DNA from: Eledone cirrhosa
Taxonomy: Eukaryota
Assembly: GCA_964016885.1 (NCBI GenBank)
Contig: OZ024740.1
Location: forward strand, 362,266,001 to 362,330,000
Direction of reading: 5' to 3'
DNA length: 64,000 nt
Shown: positions 1 through 13,457 of the stretch, piece by piece
Layout of the letters: each line of letters opens with the position of its first letter
Position numbering within the stretch: position 1 is the stretch's first letter
Program-made: the position numbers and the translations under genes
The notes under the pieces: generated by a model
The model's input: the letters and a program-made list of their open reading frames with translations, nothing else
What the model was told of the DNA's origin: nothing
The model's database searches: none

Positions 1-1510
1 AAATATGGTAATGAAAGATTCAATATATAAAGGATGGAGAGTGAAATAAGATTTTGTTACATCTAGATCATTCTCAAGCTTATTAGCAATATAAGAGAAG
101 GGAAATCTGAGTTATAGACTGAATTTGCTGGTATCTTTCCTCAAAGCTCTTATGTGCCTGATGGTAATGAATGTTTGCTGTTGAACAGAAGTATAGAATG
201 ATGGAAGTCTTTTTTTTTTTAAATGAATTAAATAATAAACAGGAAAAGAAAAAAGAGGGAATGTGGAAGGGAAAGCAAACTCTACTTCTCTGGCTAGGTG
301 CTATATCTCAGCTGCATTCAAAGATAAGATAACAAAAGCATTGCTGTAGAGAATAGCGAGTGACACTCACTGCATCAGCCAGTCCACCTCACTGGGCTCC
401 TTCCTTGGGTAAAATGTACTCTTTCCAATTTTGCAGAGAAAAATGACAGTCTGAGGACTGAAAACACATGAAGTCTCAATGGCAATTGGCATAAAAAAGA
501 AGTGGCTGATCAATACCAGTATTTGGAAGCTTCCACTCCTTTACATTATGGGCAGCACTGCAGTGACCAGATTGGAACCAGAAAATGTGGTGGATGACAT
601 CACAGATTATAGTTGTGATATTGAAACAGGAAAAGGGTTACAACGTCTAGGCACTTAACGTCACCATTATCAAAGCCAGCAGGCTGTGATGGGAAACTGA
701 CTGTAGTAAAGCTCCTTCTGATATCATCATTCAAGGCTGCATGCTGAAGGAACTGACCTGCACTGTGGTGACAAGAGAGTGGATGTAGTCTGAACTCTCC
801 AATCATGACTCCACAACAGTATTTGTGTGGCTCACACACATGGAGGCATAGGCACAGGACACTCTGATATGGGTGCACTCATAATCGTGTTTCTCAGCTG
901 CTCGATGTTATTCAGTATTTTAATGTTGTTCCTTTTCACTGGATAAGATGGCAGTCACAGCATAAACATTATCTCCTGACTCCTGTCAAACTTTATATCT
1001 GAATTGTGCAAACACTATTTTCAATCTTTCTTATATAAACATCAGTCCCAGATGCTCAAATAACGTTTGTTTGGACAGTTTTAGAAATATTATAAAGATT
1101 TGATATAGATGTGAAATGACTAAGATAAATTGTTAGTTTAGTGTCTACATATTATAATAGGATATATAAAAGAGAAATGGACTGTAAAATATATTTGAGT
1201 TTACTAATGTAGTTGGCAGTCAAATGAAGACAATGTAGGATAAGGAGGGCTCTTCAGTCTGTTTAAGCATATGACATCCACTGCTGCACCAAGTACACTG
1301 TGTAAAGTGGTAGTGGTGGTACCATGAGGAAATACACCCAGTATGCTCTGTAAAGTGATAGTGCTGATGCCATGATAAAATGCATCCAGTACACCCTCTA
1401 AGAGGGTTGGTGTCAGGAAGGGCATCCAACAATAGAAACCATGCCAAATAAAAAAAATTATAAAAATATCCTGACCATTGATCTGAATATTGATCTGAAT
1501 ATTGAATTGA

Positions 1511-1907
1511 AAGGTTGTGAGTTCAATTCTCTGACCGGGTGATGTGTTGTTTCCTTGAGCAAGACACTTTATTTCACATTGCTCCAGTTTACTCAGCTGT
1601 AGAAATGAGTTGATAGGACTGGGGTCGCTATCATTCTACTGAAAAGTGATCGTGGAGGTGCCACAGCAAAAAGGCACCCAGCCCACACTGCAAAGTGGAC
1701 GTGTAGGCGCCACGGAAAAAAGCATCCAGCACTCACTGTAAATGAGGTTGGTGTTAGGAAGGGCATCCAGCTGTAGAAATCAAGCCAGAATCAGTTCCCA
1801 TATGAGCAAGACAAGGTCGGCCGACCGGACACTGCCCACAACAGGACAACCCGTCTAACCCATGCTAGCGTGAAAGAACGGACGTAAAATGGTGATGATG
1901 ATGATGA
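1511..1907 (+). mobile_element. 5'-truncated tRNA/CORE-type SINE with RTE-derived 3' tail
   Basis: B-box-like GAGTTCAATTC and CORE-like TCCTTGAGCAAGACACTTTATTTCAC. The 3' part is near-identical to the LINE 3' end at 32060-32333 and ends in (GAT)n. Confidence 0.85.
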
Positions 1908-3926
1908 ATATGAATAGTAACTTGAAAAGAAGCATTTATGTTTATCTCTTTTGTGTCCTGTAATGATCTAGCAGAAAATATCTAAAAACAAGTTTAATTT
2001 AAATGCTTATAGTGTCTTTACTATTCTATTGGACAAATCATTGTGAAAATTTATAGTATTAGAGTAAAGACTATTTTTTTATGTGATGCAGTTATAGTAC
2101 CTTTTTGTACTTTTCAAGAATGTCTTGCTAATGTAGTACAGGATGTTAAGAGTATCTCACATACATAAACAATATAAGAATATGGAAACCAGACAAAAAA
2201 TTCTTCTAATGTAGTTTTTGTTTTGTAAGAACACCAATAACTATTACAGTAATGTTCAAAGAATTATCAACTATGATAGCTATCAGGACAACAGCTACAA
2301 AAACATCAAGGATGATAAAATAAAACAACAGTAATTTTTGAAATGATTTGGCTTCATGTGGACAATTGGATATTATAAAGTAAGCACTAAAACATATTTA
2401 GTATTTTTAAGATGTGCAAAAGATTTTATGGGCTTTCTCAGATTTGGTATGTAAAAATATTAAAAGAAAATGCAGTCTTTTGACCTTTCTATGTTTGTTT
2501 TCCCAAACCAACAGCATGTTATGTACTGGCTGTTCTGTGGCATTGTTGTCTTGATGTATAATTATTTTGCCTGTATAATAATACTGAAGCTTGTAGGCTG
2601 CACAGTAATTATATTACATAGAACTTGTAGAAATTTATGATATCCATGCAAAACAAGTCAAACTAAATTTGAAGATTTCTTTACTGCTTTTTTTGTTTAC
2701 TCTCGCTTGATTATCTGGAATGAATGCATATCATGAGCTATACATATTTCTTCATTGATCTTCTGCTAATGAACTATAAGACCAATAATTATGTCTTCAT
2801 GGAAACTAACAATTCTATATTCTTTTGATGAATTTCTAGATCGATAAAATTTAATAATTGGGTACAAGTCAATGATAACGTGTGTCAGACTATATTTTCC
2901 ATTCGCCATAATATCAAATAATATTAATGAATGTGGTTGCCTGACCAATATTTTGCTATTAGAAAATCTATTACACATTTGGATGCATCTCTTTCTTTAT
3001 ATCAAGAACTTTTATATCTGTGAACTTCAACTACATTCATTCTATGGTATGGATAGTGCACACAGATATCTGCCGAGAACCATGCAATCTACTTCTCACC
3101 CTCACCATAAAAATCATTTATAAACAGGAACCCCCAAAACATAAAAAGCATACAAGATAGCTTCTCATTACTCAGCAGTTTCTTTGCATCTTAACCCTTT
3201 TGATTCCACTCCAGTCAAAATCAGCTCTGTGTCTATGAAACAAAACTGCTTATTTTAAAGGGTTCCTTCTATTTAAATTAAAATCTTCCAACTTAATTTT
3301 ATATAAGAACCATATGCTAAATTATCTTCACAATGAGTAATCAATAATTTTAGTGAATCTATCAAAATTCTTCATCGATTAATTTAAATGAGGTGTATAT
3401 TATATGAAGTGTAGTCATAAAAGAGTTCAGGAAACAAAAGCAACATATAAATTTGGGCTTTAACATTAAGTTTGATTGAGTAGAAATTAAAAAGTTGTTT
3501 AATTTAGTTTCAATATATGACAAGACAACCTCTCTAGTGGTAGTGACACCATAAAATGCACTCAATATACTTTGTGAAATAGCTGGTGTTAGGAAGAGCA
3601 TCTAGTCATCGAAACCATACCAAAATAGAACATATCTAAGCAGTATTTAGTTCCAGCCCTTTATGTCCAGCTTTAAAATTCTGTCAAAATCCACTTTGTC
3701 TTTCATTCTTTCTGGTCGATAAAATAAAGCACAAATAACATGCTGGGATCGATTTAATTGGCTTTCCCTTTCCTTTCAAATTGCTAGTCTTGTGCTAAAA
3801 TTAGAAACAATTGTTATTAACATTATTATGTTTTACGTTTGCTTTTATTTGTATGAGCTGCCCCAAAATCATTTTTTGTAAAAAGTTTCAAATCGTCCAT
3901 TTAGAAAAGAAGATTGATGTTTGTTT

Positions 3927-3971
<45 letters not shown>

Positions 3972-4739
3972 GAAATGGTTTTAAATCGTTTGTTGTGGTT
4001 GTATATGACATCAAACATAGCCCATAGTAAATACAAATTTGCTGATACTTCATGAATTACACATCTTTATGCACATCTATTCTTTAATATGTACAATTGT
4101 GTTTACACTATAATTCTAGAGTCATTAAATATCATGTAAACTTCAGCTTATGTAAGGAATCATCTTTATTATTAGCAGTAAATATATTTTCATAGTAATT
4201 CTTTCTAATAAATATTTCCATGTGGTACTGTTTATATTTCTTACTCACTCCAAGAGAACTGAAGAAGAGACAAGAAATAATTGCATCTGACAATGAAACG
4301 ATACAGTTGCGTCATGTTTAATATGTTTTTTGTGGTGAGATGTAAGATGGGTTTATTTCCATCACTGAATGTTTGTTTTAATTAAATCTTATCTGCCTGA
4401 GAATTTAACAACAATAAAAGAAAGTGATTGTTGTTATAACTCACACCTATGTCAGTTTAGCTGGAAGTTAAATCTAGGAGACTTTTCAGCTGTTTTAATG
4501 ATAGGAATTCTAGTCCTGTCGTTACATCATCATTATTGTGTAATGATAGAACTGTAGAGGCTGCTGCCCACTTTTTTCTGTCCTAAGGGTATTTTACCTG
4601 ATTTTCTAATGTTATCACCTATAACAAATCTGTGTTTGGACTTCAATGTTTCATGTATATATATATGTGTGTGTGTGTGCATGTATATATATATATCATT
4701 ATGTTGAGTTTCCGATGATAATTATACTTCTCCACTTGT

Positions 4740-5100
4740 TCCTATCCAGCATGGCCTCCATGAGTTCTTTTTTTCGAAGATTCATGTGTAATGGCTATGC
4801 CTGATCTCTTTGCCATACATGACCTATGTGACTGAATCTTCTAGCCTTTATGACATCTGTAATCGGTCTCAGGTCGCTGTATAGATATGCTTGTTTTGTG
4901 CTCCCTCCAAGATACATTTTGCCCTTTCCTCAGTAATATTATATATGTACCATCTAACCATCTTTCCATCTCTTTTGTGAGTATCCAGCACTCTGCTCCA
5001 TACAAAATCACACTTTCAAATGTTGATCAAAGAACTTAAATTTTAGTTTGCTGTTCAAGCTTGATTTCCATTTTGTTTGCAACTTTCCAGGCTAAGTTAA
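4740..5100 (-). mobile_element. Degenerate RTE-like LINE RT C-terminal remnant
   Basis: Minus strand reads YGAECWIL-like and RW/GHV-like motifs, broken by stops and frameshifts. Confidence 0.45.
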
Positions 5101-5299
5101 TTCTTGTGCTATATGTTTTTTCTATAGTTGGATGCCCTTCCTAACACCAGCTGCTTTAAAGTGTGTACTGGGTGCTTTTATTATGTGGATCACCAGCACT
5201 AGGAGGCTATCATATCTGGGTGCATTTATCATGTAGATCAACAACATATTCATCTAACGCAAGCTAGCATGGAAAATTGGCATTAAATGGTAATGCTGC

Positions 5300-5340
<41 letters not shown>

Positions 5341-5365
5341 ATATATATATATATATATATATATA

Positions 5366-6541
5366 TAAGTGGCCATGCTCAGTGTGTAGGAAAGGAGTAG
5401 GTAGAAACTCCATTTTGTGTCCCAAATGCAAAGTATGGGTGCATAAAAGATGTAGTGGGATCACAGGTAAGAACATAGATTTCACATGTGGCCGGTGCTC
5501 TGGTGCAATAAGTAGCAGCAAGTGCCCACTAAATACTAGCTCTTTCAACTGCGCAGAGGGTTCTATAGAAATAGTGGACAGCTTCCGTTACCTGGGTGAC
5601 AAAATCAGCAGTGGGGGAGGGTGCTCTGAAAGTACAGTAGCTCGAGTCAGAACTGGATGGAAAAAGTTCAGAGAGCTTATACCACTATTAGCCGCTAAAA
5701 GGTTCTCCCTAAAAATGAAAGGCAGGTTATACGATGCCTGCATACGAACAGCAATGTTGCATGGCAGTGAGACCTGGGCATTGTGTGCAGAGGATATACG
5801 CAGACTAGAGAGAAACGAAGCTTGCATGCTCCGCTGGATGTGTAATAGTAATATACGTGAACGGCAAAGCATAAACGAACTAAGGAAAAAATTAGAAATA
5901 AGAGGGATCAGTTGTTGTTTACTCGAGAGAAGACTACATTGGTATGGTCATGTGATGCGCATGAAGGACGATAGCTGTATAACAAAGTGCAGGGCAATAA
6001 AGATAGACGGTAGCCACGGAATAGGCAGACCCAGAAAAACCTGGGACGAGCTGATAAATTCCGACCTCACACACTTACATCTCACCAAGACAATGTCACT
6101 GGACCGAGACCTTTGGCGGTACTCAGTAATAGAGAAGACCCGCCTTACCTAAATACAAAGTAAAACCTACTACAGTCAGTAGGCATCTCTAACAAAATAC
6201 ACCCCCGTCCCACCACCCCCACCCCATCCACACTGCCCCTTTCAATGTAAAGTTATGTTGGTGCCACAACATCCAGGCCGAAACAAATGAGATCGTGTAG
6301 GTGTCACGTCAAAAAAACACACAGTTCACGCTGTAATGTGGCCGTGTAGGCAACACGGTAAAAACCTCCCAGCCCCACACTGTAAATGTGTTAGGAAGGG
6401 CATCCAGCTGTAAAAAACCCGCCAGATAGTCCTATGCGAGCAAGATAATCACTCTTGCCTCAAGTGGGAAAACCCCCGTCCATACCCATGCAAGCGTGGA
6501 ACACGGACGTTAAATGTTGATGATGATGATGTTGATGATGA
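5366..6541 (+). mobile_element. 5'-truncated RTE-clade LINE (subfamily A): RT C-terminus and 3' UTR
   Basis: ORF 5277-6152 has FRYLG, LHGSETW, RLHWYGHVMRM, GRPRKTW and DRDLWR. The (GAT)n tail is present. The ORF N-terminus is only microsatellite read-through. Confidence 0.95.
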
Positions 6542-6552
6542 TATATATATAG

Positions 6553-6750
6553 TGAAGGCACATGGCTGAGTGGTTAGAGAATTGGATTCGCAATCGTGAG
6601 GTTGATACTCGGACTAGGTGATGCGTTATGTCCTTGGGCAAGACATTTTATTTCACGTTGCTGGAGTTGCGACTGATAGAGAGTATTAGCAATTGGAAAG
6701 ACCAACGGAAACATTGTTTCATCAGTCCAATTTGATGAAAGTCGATCAAC
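6553..6750 (+). mobile_element. tRNA/CORE-type SINE
   Basis: A-box-like TGGCTGAGTGGTTAG head and CORE-like GTCCTTGGGCAAGACATTTTATTTCAC, flanked by (TA)n. Confidence 0.75.
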
Positions 6751-9363
6751 TTATATATATATATATAGCTTTTCAATTGTTTCATCATATTGGTCATATG
6801 TAAAACCTGCCTTTTGGGTCTGCACTATTGTTTTAAAGATATGAGCTAGGTAATTTCTGGTAAGAAGACTTTCGTCTGATGCTGTATGAATCATTATGGC
6901 TTTCACTTTAATCCTGAACTTCTGTTGGGTTGGTTTCTGGTCTACATCAAAATCTTCAAAGTACATACTGCCTATGCAGAAGTATTTGTTCCTGTTGGTC
7001 TTCTAATTGTTCTTGATTTTACATTTTTGCTGCTTGTTTCATGTTTTTAGCTTCAACAGCAGTAGTCTTTTCCAGTTCCTCACTTATTCAAGGTTTATAT
7101 TGAATTCAATGGCATATTTTCTGCAATATTTTGCAATTGAGTGTAGTTTTGCTTTTGGTGGTTTTATTCTCCAGAAATTGTTGCAGTATCCAACCTTCTG
7201 TGGGCTCTAGGTATCTAAGCATCCCTATTGTTATTTTATATGACAGTTCTAGTTGTATTATTCTCTTACCCACTTACTGCTCTTCAAATACATGGTTGTG
7301 TATTTATCCATTTACTTTTGTTTATATTCCAGTTGGTGATGTTACAACTGGAAATGCTTGGATGTTTATGGCCTTTAAATCATCCCATTTCCTTCAAATT
7401 GCTGATCATGAGCCAACAGGAGAAACAATTATTATCGTTAACATAAAGTACCAGTAATGAACTGGAGTCAATTTAGTTCTCTTCCCTTCAAATTGCTGGC
7501 CTTGTGCCAAAAGTCGAAACAAAAATTATCATTTTTATTATTATAATCTTGTTTCCTTTATAAGATATTTATGTCCTTTGCCAGACATAATATAAATTTA
7601 GTAAGAGTTGTATAAATTAAATAAATTAAATTATCCCACCATTACCACCACTTTTACAAAAACTTACATCCAGATAAAGTTACATATTGCATACTGACTG
7701 TGATGACTAAGTCAATTTAAAAAGGTGTAGAGAGAATGAAGGCAGAAGATTTTTTTTTAAATGTAAGAAATAAAAACATAAAATAGATTCACCATACATA
7801 TTCCCATAAACATTCTGAATAACACACTCATACATACACAAACAAGTACATATTCCCCTATCCCCACAGCGATATATGTATAAGTATATATACACTGAAA
7901 ACAGAAAATATGAGACAAAAGGAAAAAGTAGAAGAAAGAGTTTGTGTAGGGAAATCAAATGAAATAGAAAAGCAGTATGTTGAAAGAAAGCAAAAGCATG
8001 TCAAGGGTTTCAATAAGATAACATAATGTGAGAATAGAGAAGAAGAATGCTGAAAGAACTTAGAATTAGAAGGCTGTAGGGGAGTAATGTAAAAATAAAC
8101 AATAAGATTTAAAGAGCAAAGAAGTGGCTGTGACATGTCACAAGGATGGAAGGGGCATAAACAGAATGCAGACTTAGTAAAAATATCAGTAGTGATGGGG
8201 TTTTTGTAGAAACTTAGTCTGAAGAAGCACTCTAAATTTTTTTTCTTTTTTGCTTCTTGGGTGGGATGGAAATGGTCTGGGTTATTCTTCAAATAAAAAC
8301 TAGCCATTCCAGACTTGCTGTAAGAAATTAACAGTCCTCCCTTCCTTGGTGATTATTGTGAACTTTCATTGTGATTCCAGCTGACATATCAGCATTTTGT
8401 TTTTCTCCAAATTCTTCAAACATGATAAGAGAGCAAATAAAAAACATTGATAAAAACCAGATGGCTCTATGAAAAAGTACTTGATATTTACTAAATATTT
8501 TGCTAGTGCCAACCAATCCTGTATGCAGTTTTAACAGCCCAAAGAAGTCATCAATTTTTCTACCCTTAATAACAAACAACAAACTAGACAGCAAAAGTAC
8601 AAATCATGTTAACATACACAACTTCTGTTTTATAATCCTCTCAACTTTAAATTGAATTCTATTTTCCGTGAAAAAATTACTACATTAAAAAAGGTAAATT
8701 TGAATTTTTAAAAACAATTTGTAAATATATTTCAATGTTTGTTTTGTTTATTTATTGTCAACTTTTAGTTACTGTAACATTCATTGCTGCATATTAATTA
8801 TATACTAAGCCTTTTGGTACCAACTTACCTGAAATCAACTTTGGTTGGTTCTATAATGCAAAACTTTGTTTCAAAATGTTTATATTTACCTAAAAACCTC
8901 CCATTATACTTTTTTGTACGAAACTTTATGTTCCAAACGCCAGCTCAAATATCAAGAAAGTCAGTTATATTACTACATTTCTCAAAATTTTTGATTATTT
9001 CCAAGAACTATTTAAAATCATACACTGTCTTTCAAAAGAAATATGATAACAAAAGGATTAAATACACAATGTTTAATTCAAATTCTTCGTTCTCTTTCAA
9101 GGCCATTCATTGTACATCTATAACCTATTCACTGATATACTGCTTCATTATATTTCAATTTATCGATAGATTTAATTACTCACATGATTATTCATTATTA
9201 TAACATGCCTTAACTGATTGATTATGGAATTAACAAAGAAAGAAAGAAAATTCTGTTCATTTTCATTGTGTTAAATTCTAATCAAATAACAATGAAATTA
9301 CAATGATATATGAAAATGTTAATTATAGGCATATGTGTGAGTATGTATATATATATATATATA

Positions 9364-9480
9364 GAGGAAGGGTTTATGCCCGAAACGTCGTTCCCCACCA
9401 CCACCCCACTCTCCAGAGCGTGAAATTAATAAACATTCGTTGTACTGCCTCTCTGTTTTGTTCCTGTTCAAATTTTTCCA
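9364..9480 (+). mobile_element. 5'-clipped hammerhead-bearing short element
   Basis: (TA)n joins GAGGA-A-GGGT/TTAT/GCCC-GAAA-CGTCG-TT; the CU of the core is lost at the junction. AATAAA and a pyrimidine-rich tail follow. Confidence 0.55.
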
Positions 9481-9481
9481 T

Positions 9482-9513
<32 letters not shown>

Positions 9514-9566
9514 TAGATATATCAGATAGAGAGAATATTTACTTATATGCATATCATATATATACA

Positions 9567-9611
<45 letters not shown>

Positions 9612-9618
<7 letters not shown>

Positions 9619-10092
9619 TAACAGATTAAAGTTTAAGCCTCCACGCTCCACATATGACGTATTATCTTCGTTTTTTTCGTTCATTGCCAGAGAACGTCTC
9701 TATGCACCACCTAAGAGAACATTAGTCTACGACCTCTTTTATACCATAAACGTGGTTTTGTCCTTGCACGTAATTGTTTTTCACCGCTCCTATTAATGAC
9801 GTATTATATTCGTTTTTTCCCCGTTCTTTGCCAGCGAACGTTACCACAAACCAAAGTATCGTCTTCCTGTCTTCCTCCAGTTGCAACGTTTTTTGAAATA
9901 TCCACTTCTGCGTTTACAGATTGACTTTGTTAGTTTCAGAAGATCCCGTTAAGGGTGAAAGCAGCGATTCTTTGCTTAAACTTTAATCTGTTATTTTAAT
10001 AAATATTTGCTCTACGGTTTTTATATATTTCATATATATTTATCCTTATTGAGCCCTCTTTGGATTTTAGTCTTCAAATTTATTATTATTAC
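9612..10092 (+). mobile_element. Non-coding Penelope-like repeat family, copy 1 of 3, with short 5' inversion
   Basis: Near-identical to 47816-48177 and 53625-53745. 9612-9638 is the reverse complement of 9975-10001. Embedded in (TA)n. Confidence 0.75.
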
Positions 10093-10107
10093 TATATATA
10101 TATATAT

Positions 10108-10572
10108 ATCATCATCATCATCATTGTTTAACGTCCATGTTCCACGCTTGCATGGGTTTGGACGGGCGTTTTCCCACTTGAGGCAAGAGTGGTTGTCTTG
10201 CTCGCATAGGACTGTCTGGCGGGTTTTCTACAGCTGGATGCCCTTCCTAACACCAACCACATTTACAGTGTGGGACTGGGAGGTTTTTACCGTGTTGCCT
10301 ACACGGCCACATTACAACGTGGACTGTGTGTTTTTTTTTGTCGTGACACCTACACGATCTCATTTGTTTCGGCCTGGATGTTGTGGCACCAACATAACTT
10401 TACATTGAAAGGGGCGGTGTGGATGGGGTGGGGTGGTGGGACGGGGGTGTATTTTGTTAGAGATGCCTACTGACTGTAGTAGGTTTTACTTTGTATTTAG
10501 GTAACGCGGGTCTTCTCTATTACTGAGTACCGCCAAAGATCTCGGTCCAGTGACATTGTCTTGGAGAGGTGT
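10108..10572 (-). mobile_element. RTE LINE subfamily A, 3' end fragment
   Basis: Reverse complement of about 6075-6541, (CAT)n tail, truncated at (TA)n. Confidence 0.9.
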
Positions 10573-10584
10573 ATATATATATAT

Positions 10585-10845
10585 ATCGACAGTCGATTGA
10601 CAAGATCCCAGACCTCATTCGCTTACTGAATGGAGTGGAACTTGTCAAATCAGACTGAGGAGACAATGTTTCCATCGATTTTCCAATTGCTAATGCTATC
10701 TGTCAGTCAAAACTCCAGGCAGAAGGAGTCATGTGACACAAAGTATCTTGCTCAAGAGCATAATGCATCACTCGGTCCTGGAATCAAAATCACAACCTCA
10801 TAATTGCGAATCCAATTATTTAACCTCTCAGCTATGCACCTTCAT
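10585..10845 (-). mobile_element. tRNA/CORE-type SINE
   Basis: Reverse-complement homolog of 6553-6750. Confidence 0.7.
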
Positions 10846-11028
10846 ATATATACATGTGTGTGTGAGTGTGTATTTGTGTATATAAATGGCACCTACATTA
10901 CCTGAACTGCTATTACCAAAGAACTACATATTTTGTTTGAATTTTTGTAAGTTCAGTTGATAAATCACATAATATATATATAAACATATATATCGGCATG
11001 TATTCATTTTTCCATTAACATTACAAGG

Positions 11029-11113
11029 GGTCTGATGAGCCGCGGATTACAGAGTCAGGTCAGATTGCTACAGATCAAACCTTGAGCTGATCAGTAGCGA
11101 AATGCGCATCACC
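11029..11113 (+). ncRNA. Type I hammerhead ribozyme motif with extended stem II
   Basis: GGT-CTGATGA-GC(long imperfect stem II)GC-GAAA-TGCGCA-TC-ACC. Stem I GGT/ACC, palindromic stem III ATGCGCAT, AUC site, AATAAA at 11118. Confidence 0.75.
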
Positions 11114-11258
11114 ATCCAATAAACATAATGAAGGAGTAACCAATCAAACTTGTTATCTTATTTCACTATATATATATATATAACTTAGATTACTTTTATA
11201 GGTTTCAGCGACTATCAGCCCAGGCTATGTTTAACATACATACAAACACTCACTCTCT

Positions 11259-11326
<68 letters not shown>

Positions 11327-11516
11327 TAGTGTTGTCCTTTAGTTTACTTATATATCCTCATATTTTTGTTTTGTTTTAAATGTAAAATATTTTGTTTTAT
11401 ACATTTGTTCTTTGTATTCATTCATGATAAAACAAATGTTGTCTTTATGAAGTGATAAACATAAAGAATTTGCAAACTGCATGCATTTAGGATTTATGTA
11501 ATATTTCATCAAACTA

Positions 11517-11694
11517 CAGTAAAATTCCGTTATAACGAAATTCAGAGGGTATAACAGAAAATTAGTTGTAACAAAAAATTCTTTATAAGAAGATTAACCT
11601 AACACATCAAACGTGTGGCCGGGGATTGAAAAAAAAATGTTGTTATACTGAAAAATTTGTTATAATGGTATTTGTTATAATGGAATGTTACCTG
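11517..11694. mobile_element. Tigger/pogo-like MITE
   Basis: Imperfect TIRs CAGTAAAATTCCGTTATAAC / GTTATAATGGAATGTTACCTG with TA on both sides. Confidence 0.7.
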
Positions 11695-12009
11695 TATATA
11701 TATAATATATACAGGGTTTGTTAAATAAAATACCTGTCAACTACTGAGGTTGATTTAATTATCATTCCCTTTTCTTTAAATATTGCTGGCCTTATGTTTA
11801 AATTAGAAATCATTATAAAATGTTGTAAATACTGCTGTTAAGTGTGTGTTCATGTTGTGAGTGTTTGGGGGAATATATATGTATGGAGGATCTATTTTAT
11901 CTTTGTATTTTTTATTAAAACACTGTACAACAATACCAAACCATTTCTTTTTTTTTTTCTGATATCTTACAACAGAATCGTACAAGAAATTTAGTAATTT
12001 ACATATATA

Positions 12010-12540
12010 TCATCATCATCATCATCATCGTTTAATGTCTATTTTCCATGCTAGCATGGATTAGATGGGTTTGTCCCATTAGAGGCAAGTTGGATCGGGT
12101 GACCATGTCTTGCTCATATAGCACTGTTTCTGGCTGGTTTGCTATGGCTGGATGCCCTTCTTAATGTCAACCACATTTACAGTGTGTGCTGGGTGCTTTT
12201 TGTCATGTCTCCTACATGACCACTTTACAGGGTGGGCTGGGTGCTTTTAGTTGTGACACTTACATGACAACCATATAGTGTGGGCTGGGTGCTTTTTGTT
12301 ACGACCCCTACACGACCACTTTACAGTATGTGCTAGATGTTTTTGTGATACCAACATAACTTTAAAATGTAAGGGTGGTGTAGGCAGAAGTAGGGAGGGT
12401 ATATGGGGATGTACGGAAGGGGGTATAATGGATTAAGAGGTGCCTACTGGGTGAATGTTTGAGTCCGTGTGCAAGGGAAGGCAGGTCTTCTGTATTATTG
12501 CATAATGCCAAAGATCTCGATCATGTATCATTGTTTTAGA
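12010..12540 (-). mobile_element. RTE LINE 3' end fragment
   Basis: (CAT)n tail, GGATGCCCTTC motif, repeated ACCACTTTACAGTGTG units and DRDLW-encoding end. Confidence 0.8.
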
Positions 12541-12731
12541 CCAGCTTACAAACATCTAACAAAGCTAGAAATATTCACAAATTATTTTTTGTTATATTTC
12601 CAAATTTTTGTTTCATTAATCTAAATAAATATTCCTTGAATCTGATAAGTATATCTCTATTTTAAATATGCAAGTGTGTGGGCATTTTTTGATTATCTGT
12701 ATACACTATTGCGATTGTAATTGAGCTAATA

Positions 12732-13069
12732 CAGTGTACCCCCAGCATTCATTGTCCTGGCATTTGCAGTCCCAGTTATTCACGGAATTTTCCATAGTAT
12801 AATAATTGTTTGTGGAAACCACCACATATTCACGGAATTGTAAATATCTTCTGCAATATTCTTATACCTTTTTCATGGCAATATATATATATTTTCCTGC
12901 TTTTTAAAACTAAATTATTAATAACAATATACCATATTTGCTGGCCTATATTTTACATTATGTTTTGATGTTTATAGGCATTTTTATGGACCACGTCCAA
13001 TATTTGCAGTTTTTCCCTCTTTGTGGGTGCTCTAAGAATGTAATCCCCACTAATACTGAGGGAAAACTG
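12732..13069. mobile_element. Tigger/MER2-like MITE
   Basis: Imperfect TIRs CAGTGTACCCCCAGCATT / AATACTGAGGGAAAACTG with TA flanks. Confidence 0.55.
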
Positions 13070-13293
13070 TATATTTATATGGAGAGAGAAATACAGAATG
13101 TATTGGAATATTTTGCCGTAAAAAGCTTGATTTTAATTGCCTTAAGTTTAAATAAATAATAAAAATTTAGCTCAATACTGTAGTTGACAAAGTAGTTGAC
13201 AGTTCAGTAGTACTGCTGCTATATAATTTACATGTGTATTAAAATTTCTCTTACAATATTTAAAAAAATCCACTGTTTATAATTCTCAAATTA

Positions 13294-13457
13294 CCGTATT
13301 TCACGGTGCCGAAGACGCTTCGTCCTTGAGGACGCACCGTAATTCTGAAAACCAAAAAAAAAAAAATAATAAACAACCTTCAGCCTCCAGGACGCATGGT
13401 AGATTTTTTAGACTTATTTTAGGAAAAAAGTAGCACCTTTGATGCCGGGAAATACAG
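13294..13457. mobile_element. Tc2-like MITE
   Basis: TIRs CCGTATTTCACGG / CCGGGAAATACAG, TA flanks, internal GACGC subrepeats. Confidence 0.65.

Noticed and set aside
451-480. CTGAGGA-CT-GAAA hammerhead-like core
   Set aside because: No room for stem II and no stem I or III pairing. Similar chance hits at 4259, 8219, 28341 and 34716 were also rejected.
600-878. 92-aa ORF
   Set aside because: No recognisable motif or splice context. Possibly decayed repeat sequence.
5588-5872. Recurrent 94-aa ORF (also at 19135 and 52975)
   Set aside because: Antisense shadow of the RTE RT frame.
12180-12340. Regularly spaced 40-bp repeats resembling a CRISPR array
   Set aside because: Tandem subrepeats of the RTE 3' UTR with no unique spacers, in a eukaryotic context.
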